Part shown: one piece after another, positions 47,494 to 57,013 of the stretch
How positions within the stretch are numbered: position 1 is the first letter of the stretch
How the letters are laid out: each line of letters opens with the position of its first letter
NCBI GenBank assembly: GCA_965224025.1
Contig: OZ245033.1
Location: 4,800,001-4,864,000, forward strand
Direction of reading: 5' to 3'
From: Candidatus Multivorans sp.
Lineage (GTDB): Bacteria; Acidobacteriota; Thermoanaerobaculia; Multivoradales; Multivoraceae
DNA: 64,000 nucleotides
Translations under genes and position numbers: made by a program
The notes under the pieces: generated by a model
Database searches by the model: none
Told to the model about the DNA's origin: nothing
What the model saw: only the letters and a program-made list of their open reading frames with translations

Positions 47494-48392
47494 AGTCGCT
47501 CCGATCCAAGAGCCGCTGTCCTGTCCGCCTGCGCTCGGTGCAAATACCTGACACATTGCCACCCCGCACGGACACCGACTCGCCCCCATGTCCTCTGCAC
47601 ACCGGGGTTCCACACATCCAACAAGGCGTCGATCGCTGACGAGTCGAGGCTCCGCGTCCACGCCGGCCACTTGAAACGGCGACCGCCTCGGCCCTCGTCA
47701 GCGGCGAACCATCCTCGCTGCATCGCGACAACACGCTTTTGGCGCCCGAGCCGCAGGTCAACCCCATCACCCCGAACGGGGAGAATCGCGAGACCAAAGA
47801 AAGCGAGGATCTCAACGACGGGATCGACCAGATGTCCCCCCGTGTTGTCCGCCAACGACCCCAATCTCGTCTGATCGAACGCCAACCCGCAGCTACTGGC
47901 TCGATCGGCCTGGCCGGAAAGGGAAGCCCGAATTCGATCCGCGGATGGCTCGATCAGCCCGTGAAGCCTGACCAAGCGGTGGTGTAGCCACTTGATCGTG
48001 CCGGGGCCAGCGGCGTCGAAGGGAGCATGGGCGACCTCGCCGTGTTGGTCAACAGCCAAATCTGTCATCGTCGAAGACAACGTCCAAGAGTGCCGGTGGC
48101 CACGTGCGGCCCGCGCGCGGGCGACAAAGGCCTCCGCTGGCACTTTCCGCCTCACTTGTCCGACGCCCTGCCAGTCCTCGGCGATCGGGAGATCGTCAAG
48201 AAACCCCGCATCCGGCCAAGAGGAGGCCAGGAGCTCCACCGGGTCGCCGTCCTCGGACGACAAGACGGCAACCGGCGTCCGGTCCCCGGTCCACCGAAGC
48301 CGAATCCGCGGAACGAGAACAGTGGCTCCAACGGCGGCAAGCCAAGCGTTGAGCCAAAACGCTGGGAGACCCCGGCACTTCACTTCGGCCAT
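47490..48392 (-). CDS. csb3: type I-G large subunit, short Csb3 (Cas8u2-like) form
   Basis: 300 aa, located between cas3 and cas4. N-terminal NAWLAAVG..RLRW, then PVVEILAFFGL and F.WPAW. Confidence 0.65.
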   Translation of the reverse strand: MAEVKCRGLPAFWLNAWLAAVGATVLVPRIRLRWTGDRTPVAVLSSEDGDPVELLASSWPDAGFLDDLPIAEDWQGVGQVRRKVPAEAFVARARAARGHRHSWTLSSTMTDLAVDQHGEVAHAPFDAAGPGTIKWLHHRLVRLHGLIEPSADRIRASLSGQADRASSCGLAFDQTRLGSLADNTGGHLVDPVVEILAFFGLAILPVRGDGVDLRLGRQKRVVAMQRGWFAADEGRGGRRFKWPAWTRSLDSSAIDALLDVWNPGVQRTWGRVGVRAGWQCVRYLHRAQADRTAALGSERL

Positions 48393-51151
48393 GCGTAACC
48401 CTCCGGCAAGACGACTTCTGCACCGCCGGAAACCTGATGGTCCGCTTGCCGAACGATCGCCTCAAGGAGCGCCAATCCCCACGGCCCGAAACGATCGTTC
48501 AAGCGCCTGAAGCGGCCCGGTTGTTCCCAATCCACGATCTCAAGGTCTGCGGGCACTTCCACAGGCACTCCTTGCACTTCAGCCGAGACGACAAGGCTGG
48601 TGCCATCGCCCACCGGTGGCACCAGGGGCCGCCCGCTACCGTGGTGGCTGATGACCAGATGGACCAGTAGGTCACGCACCGGCTCAGTCAACCATCCCGA
48701 GGCGCCGCGCAACCACTTGCGGACAAGGCGCGCCGAGAGCGCTTCGTGCCGGCCGCCACGCGGCCAAGCTGCGGCCACTCGCGCCGCGTCCCAGAGATGC
48801 TGCGGCATATCGGACTTCGCAACCGGTACAGACGACCGCTGCTGTGGATCAAGCCACCGCTGAAAGCGCCTATCCTCCTTCCCAAGGTCGTGCAGCCGCC
48901 CGGCCCACTCCACCACCTGGGCGAGTTCCGGAGAGACACCGATCCGCTCAGCGATCGACCTCGACCGAACCGCCACAGCACTGCAATGGAGCTCCAGCCT
49001 CGTGGACGTTGGGGAGAGCGACCTCTCGTCGCGGCTGTCGCTGCGCAATTCGCCGTTCCCGTCCTGCAGCATCAGACGCGGAACTTCTTTTCTCCCCGTA
49101 ACAGGGTCGCGACCAAGCTGGGAGAGGAACTCACACCATTCGTCTTGCTTCCAGCCGAGGGCCGGGGTTTCCGAGACCGCCGAGACGATCTCTTCGACAG
49201 CCGCCGCTTTCTCGTCGGCGTCGAACTCGTCGTCCTCATCCGACAGGCCCACCGCCCGATCGATCACCGACTGTGGTATCGAAACACCGCACAGACACCA
49301 CACGCCCTTCTTGCTCAAGGGTAGACCGTGGTTGGCCACCGACACGTCCACGACAGGGGCGTCAGACGACGGCGCCCAACCAAACTCGTCCAGGAGCCCT
49401 CGGTCGCTGCTCAACACGACGGTGTCGCCCGGCCGCAGTACATCCCTGGTCACGTTCTCGACGGTCACTAGGTCAGAATCCAGGCGGCGCAGCACCTCTT
49501 CCTCGCCGAACACTCGACGCGCCTCAGCGATCGGGACGTCTACTGCCTCCCGGTCACTCGGCCGCGGCCACAGGGCTTCACCTTCTTCCGGGACGTGCGC
49601 ACGCCAGATCATTGAAACCACGTACGCCGGACCTTCAATACCCGAGAAGTACGGTTCGATCGGAGCTTCGCCTTCCGGCGGAGTCGTTGTCTTCAGCCAC
49701 TCCCAGAGAAGCCCATGGAGCACCTCCGGCGCTCGACCGGGATCATCATTCGGAGGTCCCAGGACCTGCGCCATCCGGCGCGGCGAGAGATTGATCTCCT
49801 CGGACTGTCCCGACATGTGGGCCTTCAATCGCTGAAGCACTGTTGCCGGCTCAGCACCGTAAACCGGCCAATCTTCGCCATCCGTGCGCGACCTGCTGCC
49901 TGGCGGTAGGTGCACATAGGTTGCACGGGCGTGGGGATGGTCGCCGAGCCGGTTCAATCGGCCCAGCCGCTGGGTCAGTGCTCTCACACCGCAGCACTCG
50001 GTGACGAGATACTCCGCATCCACGTCGGCCCCCACCTCCAACGTCTGCGTTGCAACCACGATCAAGGAGCGAGACCGGACTGCCGACGCCTCCTTGTCGG
50101 CCGGCATTCCATGCACGCTGTGAAGAACGCTAGCGCGCACCAACTCCGCCTCCCTTTCGCGTGAGCGACCGGTCAAGAGCAGAATGTCGGCCACAGTTCT
50201 GCTCGTGTCCTTGCGTAGCCGCTCAAACGCCGACCTCGCGGTTGCGGGTGTGTTCGCGAAGACGAGGCAGGCGGCCGGATGCGCCTCGCGAACAAGCTCC
50301 ATCGTCGACTCTGCAAGCGCCCGACCTCCGTCGCCACCGGCTTCCACCACCCGCACGGGCTTGGCCGCGTCGAGACGGCGACGGACTACGCTGTGAGCCT
50401 CGTCGTCGCGGTTCAGATCGAAGCGGTCCTCGTCCGGGGCGTCGCCAGTTGCCGTAAGCGCAACCACCAACGGTCTGGATCGTGGCCCCGGAAGGACCAG
50501 ACTGGCCGCCGGAGCGCATTCGACCAGCGCGGGGATCAAGGACATGAGGTGCGGCGCCAAGTGGGCCTCGTCGAGAAGAACCAGGCTGTCCGTGCCCGCC
50601 AGGGCACCGTCCACGGGGCGCAGCCCCCGACTCGACCCATAGCCCCGGAAGAGCAGTCGCGAGCCATACATCGGCAAGGTCGACAAGATGACGGTCGGGG
50701 CCGACGGATCCGACGGTCGCCCCGAAGAAACGCCTCCGCGCAGCCGTATCACTTCCAGCGGCAAACGCCCAGGACCGGCAGCGAACGTTCGGAGCCGGTC
50801 AGCAACACTCTTCACGGCGGCGGCGTCTTCGCGGGTAAGGCCCTGCCCTTCCGGGTCTTCGAGTTTCCTGCCGATCGCCTCGGCATGCAAGTTGGTCGAG
50901 TCCACGAGCAAACGCCGGTTGACGACCCACCAGATACGAGTCGGCGCCGTCCTCTCCGCAGGCGAGCGATCGGCCTGTGATGCAAGCCACCAGACGGCGA
51001 TGTCGAGACAGGCCGTCTTCCCAAGTCCCGTTGGGACACCCACGTGTCTCCGCCAAGTCTCACGCTCGGCTACCTCGCGGGCCAGCCGTGCCTGCCAGGG
51101 AAACGGTTCGCGCCCGTTGACGGCACGATAAAACCGGTCGAAGGTCGGCAT
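48380..51151 (-). CDS. cas3: type I-G Cas3 helicase with C-terminal HD nuclease
   Basis: PFPWQ, PTGLGKT, DEAH, VATQTLEVGADVD and QRLGRLNR, then C-terminal LELH..HDLGK..RHE..SHHG. HD after the helicase is the I-G hallmark. Confidence 0.93.
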   Translation of the reverse strand: MPTFDRFYRAVNGREPFPWQARLAREVAERETWRRHVGVPTGLGKTACLDIAVWWLASQADRSPAERTAPTRIWWVVNRRLLVDSTNLHAEAIGRKLEDPEGQGLTREDAAAVKSVADRLRTFAAGPGRLPLEVIRLRGGVSSGRPSDPSAPTVILSTLPMYGSRLLFRGYGSSRGLRPVDGALAGTDSLVLLDEAHLAPHLMSLIPALVECAPAASLVLPGPRSRPLVVALTATGDAPDEDRFDLNRDDEAHSVVRRRLDAAKPVRVVEAGGDGGRALAESTMELVREAHPAACLVFANTPATARSAFERLRKDTSRTVADILLLTGRSREREAELVRASVLHSVHGMPADKEASAVRSRSLIVVATQTLEVGADVDAEYLVTECCGVRALTQRLGRLNRLGDHPHARATYVHLPPGSRSRTDGEDWPVYGAEPATVLQRLKAHMSGQSEEINLSPRRMAQVLGPPNDDPGRAPEVLHGLLWEWLKTTTPPEGEAPIEPYFSGIEGPAYVVSMIWRAHVPEEGEALWPRPSDREAVDVPIAEARRVFGEEEVLRRLDSDLVTVENVTRDVLRPGDTVVLSSDRGLLDEFGWAPSSDAPVVDVSVANHGLPLSKKGVWCLCGVSIPQSVIDRAVGLSDEDDEFDADEKAAAVEEIVSAVSETPALGWKQDEWCEFLSQLGRDPVTGRKEVPRLMLQDGNGELRSDSRDERSLSPTSTRLELHCSAVAVRSRSIAERIGVSPELAQVVEWAGRLHDLGKEDRRFQRWLDPQQRSSVPVAKSDMPQHLWDAARVAAAWPRGGRHEALSARLVRKWLRGASGWLTEPVRDLLVHLVISHHGSGRPLVPPVGDGTSLVVSAEVQGVPVEVPADLEIVDWEQPGRFRRLNDRFGPWGLALLEAIVRQADHQVSGGAEVVLPEGYAWPK

Positions 51152-51192
51152 TGGCGCGCAGAAAAGGGAAGCAGAGTTTGTCCGCAGCGTCC

Positions 51193-52623
51193 TCACAGCG
51201 GCCGACCTTCCAAAGGCCCAGCCACAGGCACACACAGCCCCAAGCCGCGCTGCCTACCCCCACCGATCACGACAGGCCCCCTCACGGGCTCGGCGAACAG
51301 GAGCTCAACATGGGAGTACGGCAGCTTCGGCCGCGCGGCGCGGTTCACCTCCACCGGCGCGAGGTCGACGCCGCCCGGAACGAACGGCCCCCGCGCCACG
51401 CGTGCCGCAACCGGGTCTGGGAGTCCGGCATGCCTGCACCAGCGCGCGACCTCCCCAAGGTTGACAGGGCCACGCCGCTCATGGAGCGCAGGGAAGGCCG
51501 TCGCCCAACGACGGGCGCTCGCGCACCAACGCCCAGGGTTAGCGGCGGCCACACGGTCGATGGAATCGCGGGGAACTACCGCGACGTCGACGCCTGGACC
51601 AACCAGCCTGCGGATGGCGAGGACTGCATCGCGAGCTCGGCTGCTCTCTCGAGGCGGTGTCCCCGGCGGCAACCAGAGTGACAGGCCGTGGATTCGCCCG
51701 CGAGACCAGCGAAAGCCAACGTCCGGCAGGGCCAGAAACCGCGCCAGATCGTAGCCCCTCCTTCGGAAGCCATGACCATGCAGCACCGCAGGCGGCTCGC
51801 CGTACAGATCCTCGTACATGCTGAGCACAGCCGCCTTGAACAACTCTGTGATTGTTGTAATCCGGCGCCCCGGAACTGCCTGCGCCAAACGAAGCCACGC
51901 CACTACGACACCACTCTCGATCGCCGGCGCGAGGCAAGGTGAACGGTACATGACCTCATGGCGCAAGGCTGGAAACTGCGCGCGCCCAACTACCGGCCCC
52001 CGCTCCACCCAAGCCGCATACATCCGGTCAAGGAGCAGGAGATCCCCCGGTGCGGGAACCGTACTGACCAAGTCGCCCCCCGGGTCCGGCACATACGCAT
52101 CTTCAGCCGAAACGCCGGCCAAGGGGCCACGCACCATCCGTACCCGCACCGGTGAGTCGGCTCCGCCGAGATAACCGATGCGCGCTGCCCGGCGCCGAAG
52201 CCCCTCGAGAACGGCCGGCGCCGCTTCGGCGTCCCAGACAAAGACGACCTTCGGATTCCGAGGCGTCACCCGGACGCCGGGCCGCACCAGTGCGGCCTTG
52301 CGGCCGACGTACTCTTGGATCGTGTTCTTTGCAGCGGAGCCCTTGTGCTCAACGACGTAGCGGGCCTCCAGACTCTGGCGCCACAGTGAGGACTCGGGTG
52401 AAGCATGAACCGTCGGAGGCGGCAGCCGCTCAAGCCAAGCCAGTTCAGACCCATCGGTCACCCGGCATCGTTCCCCTGTGCCGTCGGCCGCCACAAACGC
52501 GGCGAAGAGGCGAAACGGTGCGGGAGGCCATTCCCCCCGATTCGTCAATCCGGTGTTCGCCACGCCCTCCGGGTCGCCCCGAAACGAGCCGTGGAGGAAC
52601 TCCACCGAGATGGCGAAGGTCAT
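51193..52623 (-). CDS. csb2: type I-G Csb2 (Cas5-Cas6 fusion)
   Basis: EWPPAPFRLFAAFVA, WLERLPPP, YLGGADS and C-terminal GPVVIGGGRQRGLGL G-loop. ATGA overlap with csb1. Confidence 0.88.
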   Translation of the reverse strand: MTFAISVEFLHGSFRGDPEGVANTGLTNRGEWPPAPFRLFAAFVAADGTGERCRVTDGSELAWLERLPPPTVHASPESSLWRQSLEARYVVEHKGSAAKNTIQEYVGRKAALVRPGVRVTPRNPKVVFVWDAEAAPAVLEGLRRRAARIGYLGGADSPVRVRMVRGPLAGVSAEDAYVPDPGGDLVSTVPAPGDLLLLDRMYAAWVERGPVVGRAQFPALRHEVMYRSPCLAPAIESGVVVAWLRLAQAVPGRRITTITELFKAAVLSMYEDLYGEPPAVLHGHGFRRRGYDLARFLALPDVGFRWSRGRIHGLSLWLPPGTPPRESSRARDAVLAIRRLVGPGVDVAVVPRDSIDRVAAANPGRWCASARRWATAFPALHERRGPVNLGEVARWCRHAGLPDPVAARVARGPFVPGGVDLAPVEVNRAARPKLPYSHVELLFAEPVRGPVVIGGGRQRGLGLCVPVAGPLEGRPL

Positions 52624-53810
52624 CCGTCGAGGGCTGGCCATGTCGAGCGAATTGCCCTGCAGAGGTTGTCCTTGGGCGTCAGCACGACTTGAGGCTTGGC
52701 CCAACCATCCAGGGGCACGCCCGCGGACTCTGCGTGTCCAAGGGCGTCGTACAAGAGCGCTCCCGTCGTCTCGTGCCCGCCCAGTGCGAACTCCTCGTCC
52801 GCGTCAGCGCCGAGCCACTCGGCCTTGGTCTTCTTGGGCCGCAACTCAGCGCCCGAACGCAGCGCGAACCCTCGGCCAAACGCCAGTGTATGCGCGTGCA
52901 GACCCAAGGCAACAAGCAAAGCCCGCGCCGCCGCGTCCGCCGCGTCCGAGTGTTTGCGACCAAGGCTGACCCGCCTTAGCTGAGCGAACGACACCGTAGC
53001 CCTCTGGCTTACACGGGCGAACGAAACCGCCGCCGCCGCCGCGTCGTCTCCCATGAAGGGCACCTGTCCGTGACCCGTCTCCGAGAGCTTGTCCTTCTTT
53101 CCACCTTCCACTTTCTGGCCACCGATACCCCAGTCAAGCCGGTCTTCGGCATTCGACGAAATCGTCTCGTCCGTGTTGAGGTTCAGGGCATCGCCCTTCA
53201 ATCCGAACACCCTCGTATTCGTCGCTGCAGGCTTCCACCCGACGATCTCCGATACCCACGACCGGGCGTGCTTCGTGTTGTGACGCTTCTTGCCGAGGTG
53301 CGACTGCCAGAACCCATACAGCAACGCCTGCGGAAACCAGGCAATGAGCGGTCCACACGTCTGAGCGGTAGCGCCGAAGATCGCTCGCCCCAAGTCGGTC
53401 CTTATGAAATCGACGCCGTCCATCCTGGAGTCACGAAGGTAGGCGTCCGCGTTGCGATGCGGAAACTCCAGACTCGACAACTGGCGAGGCAGGTGCGAGG
53501 GAAGCTCACCGACCTCGGCAAAGTCCAACACGAACTCTGGTACGGCCACAGATTCCCGGTGACTCTTGAGAGCGGCTTCAAGACGATTCGCTTGCGACGG
53601 TACGTTGTCGATCACGATCACCTGGCTCGGTTCGGCATCCTCAGGCGAAGCCCAACGGCGATCCTCCTGGTACTTCCCGCCCTCGTACACGGCTGGTTTG
53701 ACCGACCCTCCAGGCCCCGACAAGGGCTCCAGGTCAGTGTCGATGCGGATCCCGTCTTCTGACGAGTCAGTTGCGACGCCGGCAAGTAGGTGTTCAAGGT
53801 CAAGTTGCAT
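52620..53810 (-). CDS. csb1: type I-G backbone Csb1 (Cas7)
   Basis: KPAVYEG, IDNVPSQANRLE, PHRNADA, ALLYGFW, GHGQVP and LRSGAEL. RBS GAGG before ATG 53810. Confidence 0.9.
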   Translation of the reverse strand: MQLDLEHLLAGVATDSSEDGIRIDTDLEPLSGPGGSVKPAVYEGGKYQEDRRWASPEDAEPSQVIVIDNVPSQANRLEAALKSHRESVAVPEFVLDFAEVGELPSHLPRQLSSLEFPHRNADAYLRDSRMDGVDFIRTDLGRAIFGATAQTCGPLIAWFPQALLYGFWQSHLGKKRHNTKHARSWVSEIVGWKPAATNTRVFGLKGDALNLNTDETISSNAEDRLDWGIGGQKVEGGKKDKLSETGHGQVPFMGDDAAAAAVSFARVSQRATVSFAQLRRVSLGRKHSDAADAAARALLVALGLHAHTLAFGRGFALRSGAELRPKKTKAEWLGADADEEFALGGHETTGALLYDALGHAESAGVPLDGWAKPQVVLTPKDNLCRAIRSTWPALDG

Positions 53811-53954
53811 GGTCAAATCCTCAGTGAAGTCGATTGGAGCGGCACCGCCCAACAAGGCCCCGGCGTCGAGCCGAGGGCCTGGACTGCGTTCAGTGCCGAT
53901 CAACTCAGGCCATACCGGTCCAAGAACGACGGCCTTCCCGACATGGCGGCAACG

Positions 53955-53987
53955 AACGTAACAGACGGCTGTCTCAAGACCTGACAC
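53955..53987 (-). promoter_or_regulatory. candidate WYL operator/promoter upstream of the cas operon
   Basis: Imperfect inverted repeat GTCTCA-N5-TGACAC (53971-53987), with a -10-like TACGTT (53955-53960, minus strand) downstream. Confidence 0.4.
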
Positions 53988-54009
53988 TCCGCCCAGTCGG
54001 CAGGTTCGC

Positions 54010-54984
54010 TTACCGGTTCCACCGGTACTGAGCTGCAGCCCGCTCCAGCCGTTCCCGCACCAAGTCCACCAACTCCGGCGGTTCCAGCACCTCGACATCC
54101 GGTCCGTAGCGGAGGATCTCGCCCAACAGCTCCTCGGTTTCCGAGTACGGCACCGCCAACTCGAGGCGCCCGTCGGGAAGGCGCTTCGTCTCCTGCTGTC
54201 CGTGCCAGCGCTCGTCCGCGACCCATCGGGCCCGTTCCGGCTGGAAACGAAGCCGCGCCTGCCCTCGGGCCGGGCCGCTGAACAGGCCGTAGCCGGCCCG
54301 GAAGATCTCGTTCAGTTCCTTCGTCGGCACCTCGCGGGCCGGTCGGGCGAGGACCTCGGCACAAGTGATCCGGTCAAGCGCGAAGGTCCGCAGGGACTGT
54401 CGATCCTCGTCCCAGCAATCGAGGTACCACTGGTCGCGGTAATACACGAGCCGCTGGGGCGACGCGGCCCGCCGGGCCGTGTCGCCGGTCGAGCGGGCCT
54501 CGTAGGTGAACGCGAGTTGGCGGCGTTCAACCACAGCGGTCGCCGCGGTCTCGAACACGCGCGCCCCCACGTCCCTCCCATGCGCACGCAGGATCCGAAA
54601 CCGGTGTGCCGGGAATCGCTCGCCGCCGCGGCGGCCGCGATCGAGGATCGCTCGGAAGCGGCTTCGGAGCGGGGCAATGAGGCCCTCCAGCAGACCCGGC
54701 TGGACCCGACTCAGAAGCTCGTCCATCACGAGCAGCGCCTCGAGCTCGTCCCTCCGGAACCAAAGGCCCGGCAACTCGAACCGGCCCGCATCTCGGTCGT
54801 AGGACCAGCCTTGGCCGGGTGCGTTCACGATCGGCGCTCCAAGATGGTCGCGCAGCATGCCGATGGTCCGGAACAAGGTCGAGCGGGAGCATTCGAGCTC
54901 CGCCAGCAGCTCGTTGGCCGACGCGGGATGCCGCCGGGAGTCCAGCGCCCGGTGCAACGCGACCATGCGCTCCATCCGGTTCAT
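54010..54984 (-). CDS. HTH-WYL transcriptional regulator (YafY/PafB-like)
   Basis: N-terminal wHTH (ELLAELECSRSTLFRTI), SPQRLVYYRDQWYLDCW..RTFALDRI and WCX-like YGPDVEVLEPPEL. Confidence 0.92.
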   Translation of the reverse strand: MNRMERMVALHRALDSRRHPASANELLAELECSRSTLFRTIGMLRDHLGAPIVNAPGQGWSYDRDAGRFELPGLWFRRDELEALLVMDELLSRVQPGLLEGLIAPLRSRFRAILDRGRRGGERFPAHRFRILRAHGRDVGARVFETAATAVVERRQLAFTYEARSTGDTARRAASPQRLVYYRDQWYLDCWDEDRQSLRTFALDRITCAEVLARPAREVPTKELNEIFRAGYGLFSGPARGQARLRFQPERARWVADERWHGQQETKRLPDGRLELAVPYSETEELLGEILRYGPDVEVLEPPELVDLVRERLERAAAQYRWNR

Positions 54985-55024
54985 GATCCGATCCCCGCCG
55001 GCCTCGGCCGGCTCAAGCCCCCAG

Positions 55025-56605
55025 TCACATCCCCCAGACCGTGACCACGACGTCAGCAGCCGCTTCCTCGCGCCGGAAGATCTTCTCCCGCCACGGCCGA
55101 TCCTCCGAGCGGTCGAAGACCACGAGATGCCCTTCCGCCGCCGCACATCGGTCCATGTACGCCGCGGTCTGTTCGAGACCTTCGCTGACCGTGCGGTCCA
55201 GGCTCTTGCGCAGAATCTTGCACTCGATCACGAACCTCTGCGTCCCGTCTGCTTGACGCCATACGACGAGGAGGTCGGTGCGGCCCCGGCCCAGACCGTA
55301 TTTCCGTTCGATGCGGCCGCCGCCGTTCATGCTCCGCTGCAGGAACGCCTGCAGCAGGAGTTGGGGGCCGGCTTCCCGGTAGTCGAATCGCGGAATCCAA
55401 TGCTCGGAATGCTCGCGGAAGAACTCCTGGAAGGCCGACAGTAACCGTGGGAGATCAAGGCCGCCGTCCTCGTCGACATACCAAGCCGCGTCCTGCACCA
55501 GACCTTCCTGTGCGGCCAACGTCAACTCGCGCGGAACGACTTCGGCGTAGATCGGATTCGCTATCCGCATGGGCCCATCTCGCGCGATCAGGCCCAGGTC
55601 GCGGACGTACTCGATGTCGCGCGCCGAGAAGTCACGCTCGTCGCCGCCGCTGAGCAGCGGCCCGACCACCCGCCGCACCCGCTCTTCCTGGAGCTTGTCG
55701 GCAAGCTGGTCCAGGTGGGTCTCGCGGCTCACGATGAGTTCTTCCTGCGATTCCAGGATGCTCTCCGCCGTGACCGGGAAGGCGCCGTAGCAGCCTTGGT
55801 CGTCACGGGGACACGCCCGGTAGGCAAGGGCGTTAACGAGCCAGGGCTGCCCCTTGGTCTGCCGCCAGATTGTCTCTATCGCTTCGGCCGTGAACTCCTG
55901 CCCGGTCTCGTTCGTGTGCTGGGCCAGCAGAGTGCACACCTCGTCTTCGGTGAAGTCACCGAGGGTGAGCGATTCGGCCTTGATGTTGAACGCGCTGCCG
56001 CCGGTGATGATCTCCTTCTGGGAGCTCGAGTGGATGCGATAGTCGCGCACGTCGCGAACGCCGCAGAGGACGACGCTGTGAGCGAAGTGCGCCGGCCTGT
56101 GTGAATAGCCGGCCCGCAACTGGCGCAACAGGGAGATCAGCGTGTCGCCGACCAGAGAGTCGACTTCGTCGAGGAGCAGGACGAGCGGCCTGGAGTCGGC
56201 CTCGCACCAGCGGGTCAGAGTGGCGCCCAACGCGCCGTGGGGACCCGCACTGTCCAGCGCCTCGGGCCAGAGGACCGCGAGCGATTCGTCGCCCAACGTG
56301 ATCCGCGCCACCTTCGCCAACTCGTCGAGGATGGCGCGCATCGCCTTCTCCGTGTCCTCGCGCGCTCCCTGACCCGCTTCAACGTTGACGTAGACGCAAC
56401 GGAAGTCGCCGTGTTCGCCTCGGTTCAGGAGATCCCGCAGCGCAAGAAGCGCGGTCGTCTTGCCCGTCTGGCGCGGCGCGTGCAGCACGAAGTACCGCTT
56501 GTCCCGGACAAGGGTCAGCACATGGCCGAGCCGCAGCCGCTCCAGAGGCGGCACGTAGTAGTGGTCCGCCGGAACGATGGGTCCAGTGGTGTTGAAGAAC
56601 CGCAT
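55025..56605 (-). CDS. AAA-like ATPase with C-terminal PD-(D/E)XK-type domain
   Basis: MRFFNTTGP, APRQTGKTT (Walker A), LLLDEVD (Walker B), TKGQPWLVN and C-terminal GRGRTDL..IECK..Q..Y. Confidence 0.88.
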   Translation of the reverse strand: MRFFNTTGPIVPADHYYVPPLERLRLGHVLTLVRDKRYFVLHAPRQTGKTTALLALRDLLNRGEHGDFRCVYVNVEAGQGAREDTEKAMRAILDELAKVARITLGDESLAVLWPEALDSAGPHGALGATLTRWCEADSRPLVLLLDEVDSLVGDTLISLLRQLRAGYSHRPAHFAHSVVLCGVRDVRDYRIHSSSQKEIITGGSAFNIKAESLTLGDFTEDEVCTLLAQHTNETGQEFTAEAIETIWRQTKGQPWLVNALAYRACPRDDQGCYGAFPVTAESILESQEELIVSRETHLDQLADKLQEERVRRVVGPLLSGGDERDFSARDIEYVRDLGLIARDGPMRIANPIYAEVVPRELTLAAQEGLVQDAAWYVDEDGGLDLPRLLSAFQEFFREHSEHWIPRFDYREAGPQLLLQAFLQRSMNGGGRIERKYGLGRGRTDLLVVWRQADGTQRFVIECKILRKSLDRTVSEGLEQTAAYMDRCAAAEGHLVVFDRSEDRPWREKIFRREEAAADVVVTVWGM

Positions 56606-56676
56606 CTCTGGAGTATCGCACTCCGGCCCAGCGCCTGCTTCCTCAGGAACTGGGCCGCGAGCCGTGAACCGCTCAG

Positions 56677-56943
56677 TCAGCGTCGCGCAGGGGCGGAGGC
56701 AGAGCCGGATGCGGGCGAGACGCCCGCGTTCCCAGGGTTCGCTCTGGCGGGAGGCCGCAATCCGGTTCCGAGAGCGCCGAACCACAGCTTGAACATCTCC
56801 TGCGGATCGGCGTACTTCAGGTTGGCGGCCGCGCGGTCGCGGAACTTCTCCAGCATCTCGTTCTGGATCCCCGCCAGATCGGGAAGGCCGAGAAAGGCGC
56901 GCGCCTCTTCGGGCGTGCAGTCGATGTCCAGTTTGATCTTCAC
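56677..56943 (-). CDS. DUF6489-like small protein
   Basis: MKIKLDIDCTPEEARAFLGLPDL; RBS AAGGAG. The 3' end runs through a REP copy. Confidence 0.75.
   Translation of the reverse strand: MKIKLDIDCTPEEARAFLGLPDLAGIQNEMLEKFRDRAAANLKYADPQEMFKLWFGALGTGLRPPARANPGNAGVSPASGSASAPARR
56704..56737 (+). repeat. REP-like repeat
   Basis: GCCGGATGCGGGCGAGACGCCCGCGTTCCCAGGG. Confidence 0.8.
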
Positions 56944-57013
56944 GGAATCTCCTTCGAAACGGTCTTGCGGTCCTCGTCGTAGGATCACTCTTCATCCACG
57001 GAGGCTTCGACCC

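Noticed and set aside
56237-57013. Long N-terminal extensions of track ORFs (amidohydrolase from 56237, ATPase from 56995, CoA-transferase from 58672, csb1 from 54098)
   Set aside because: They overlap other genes or REP elements; downstream starts give proper signal peptides or family N-termini.
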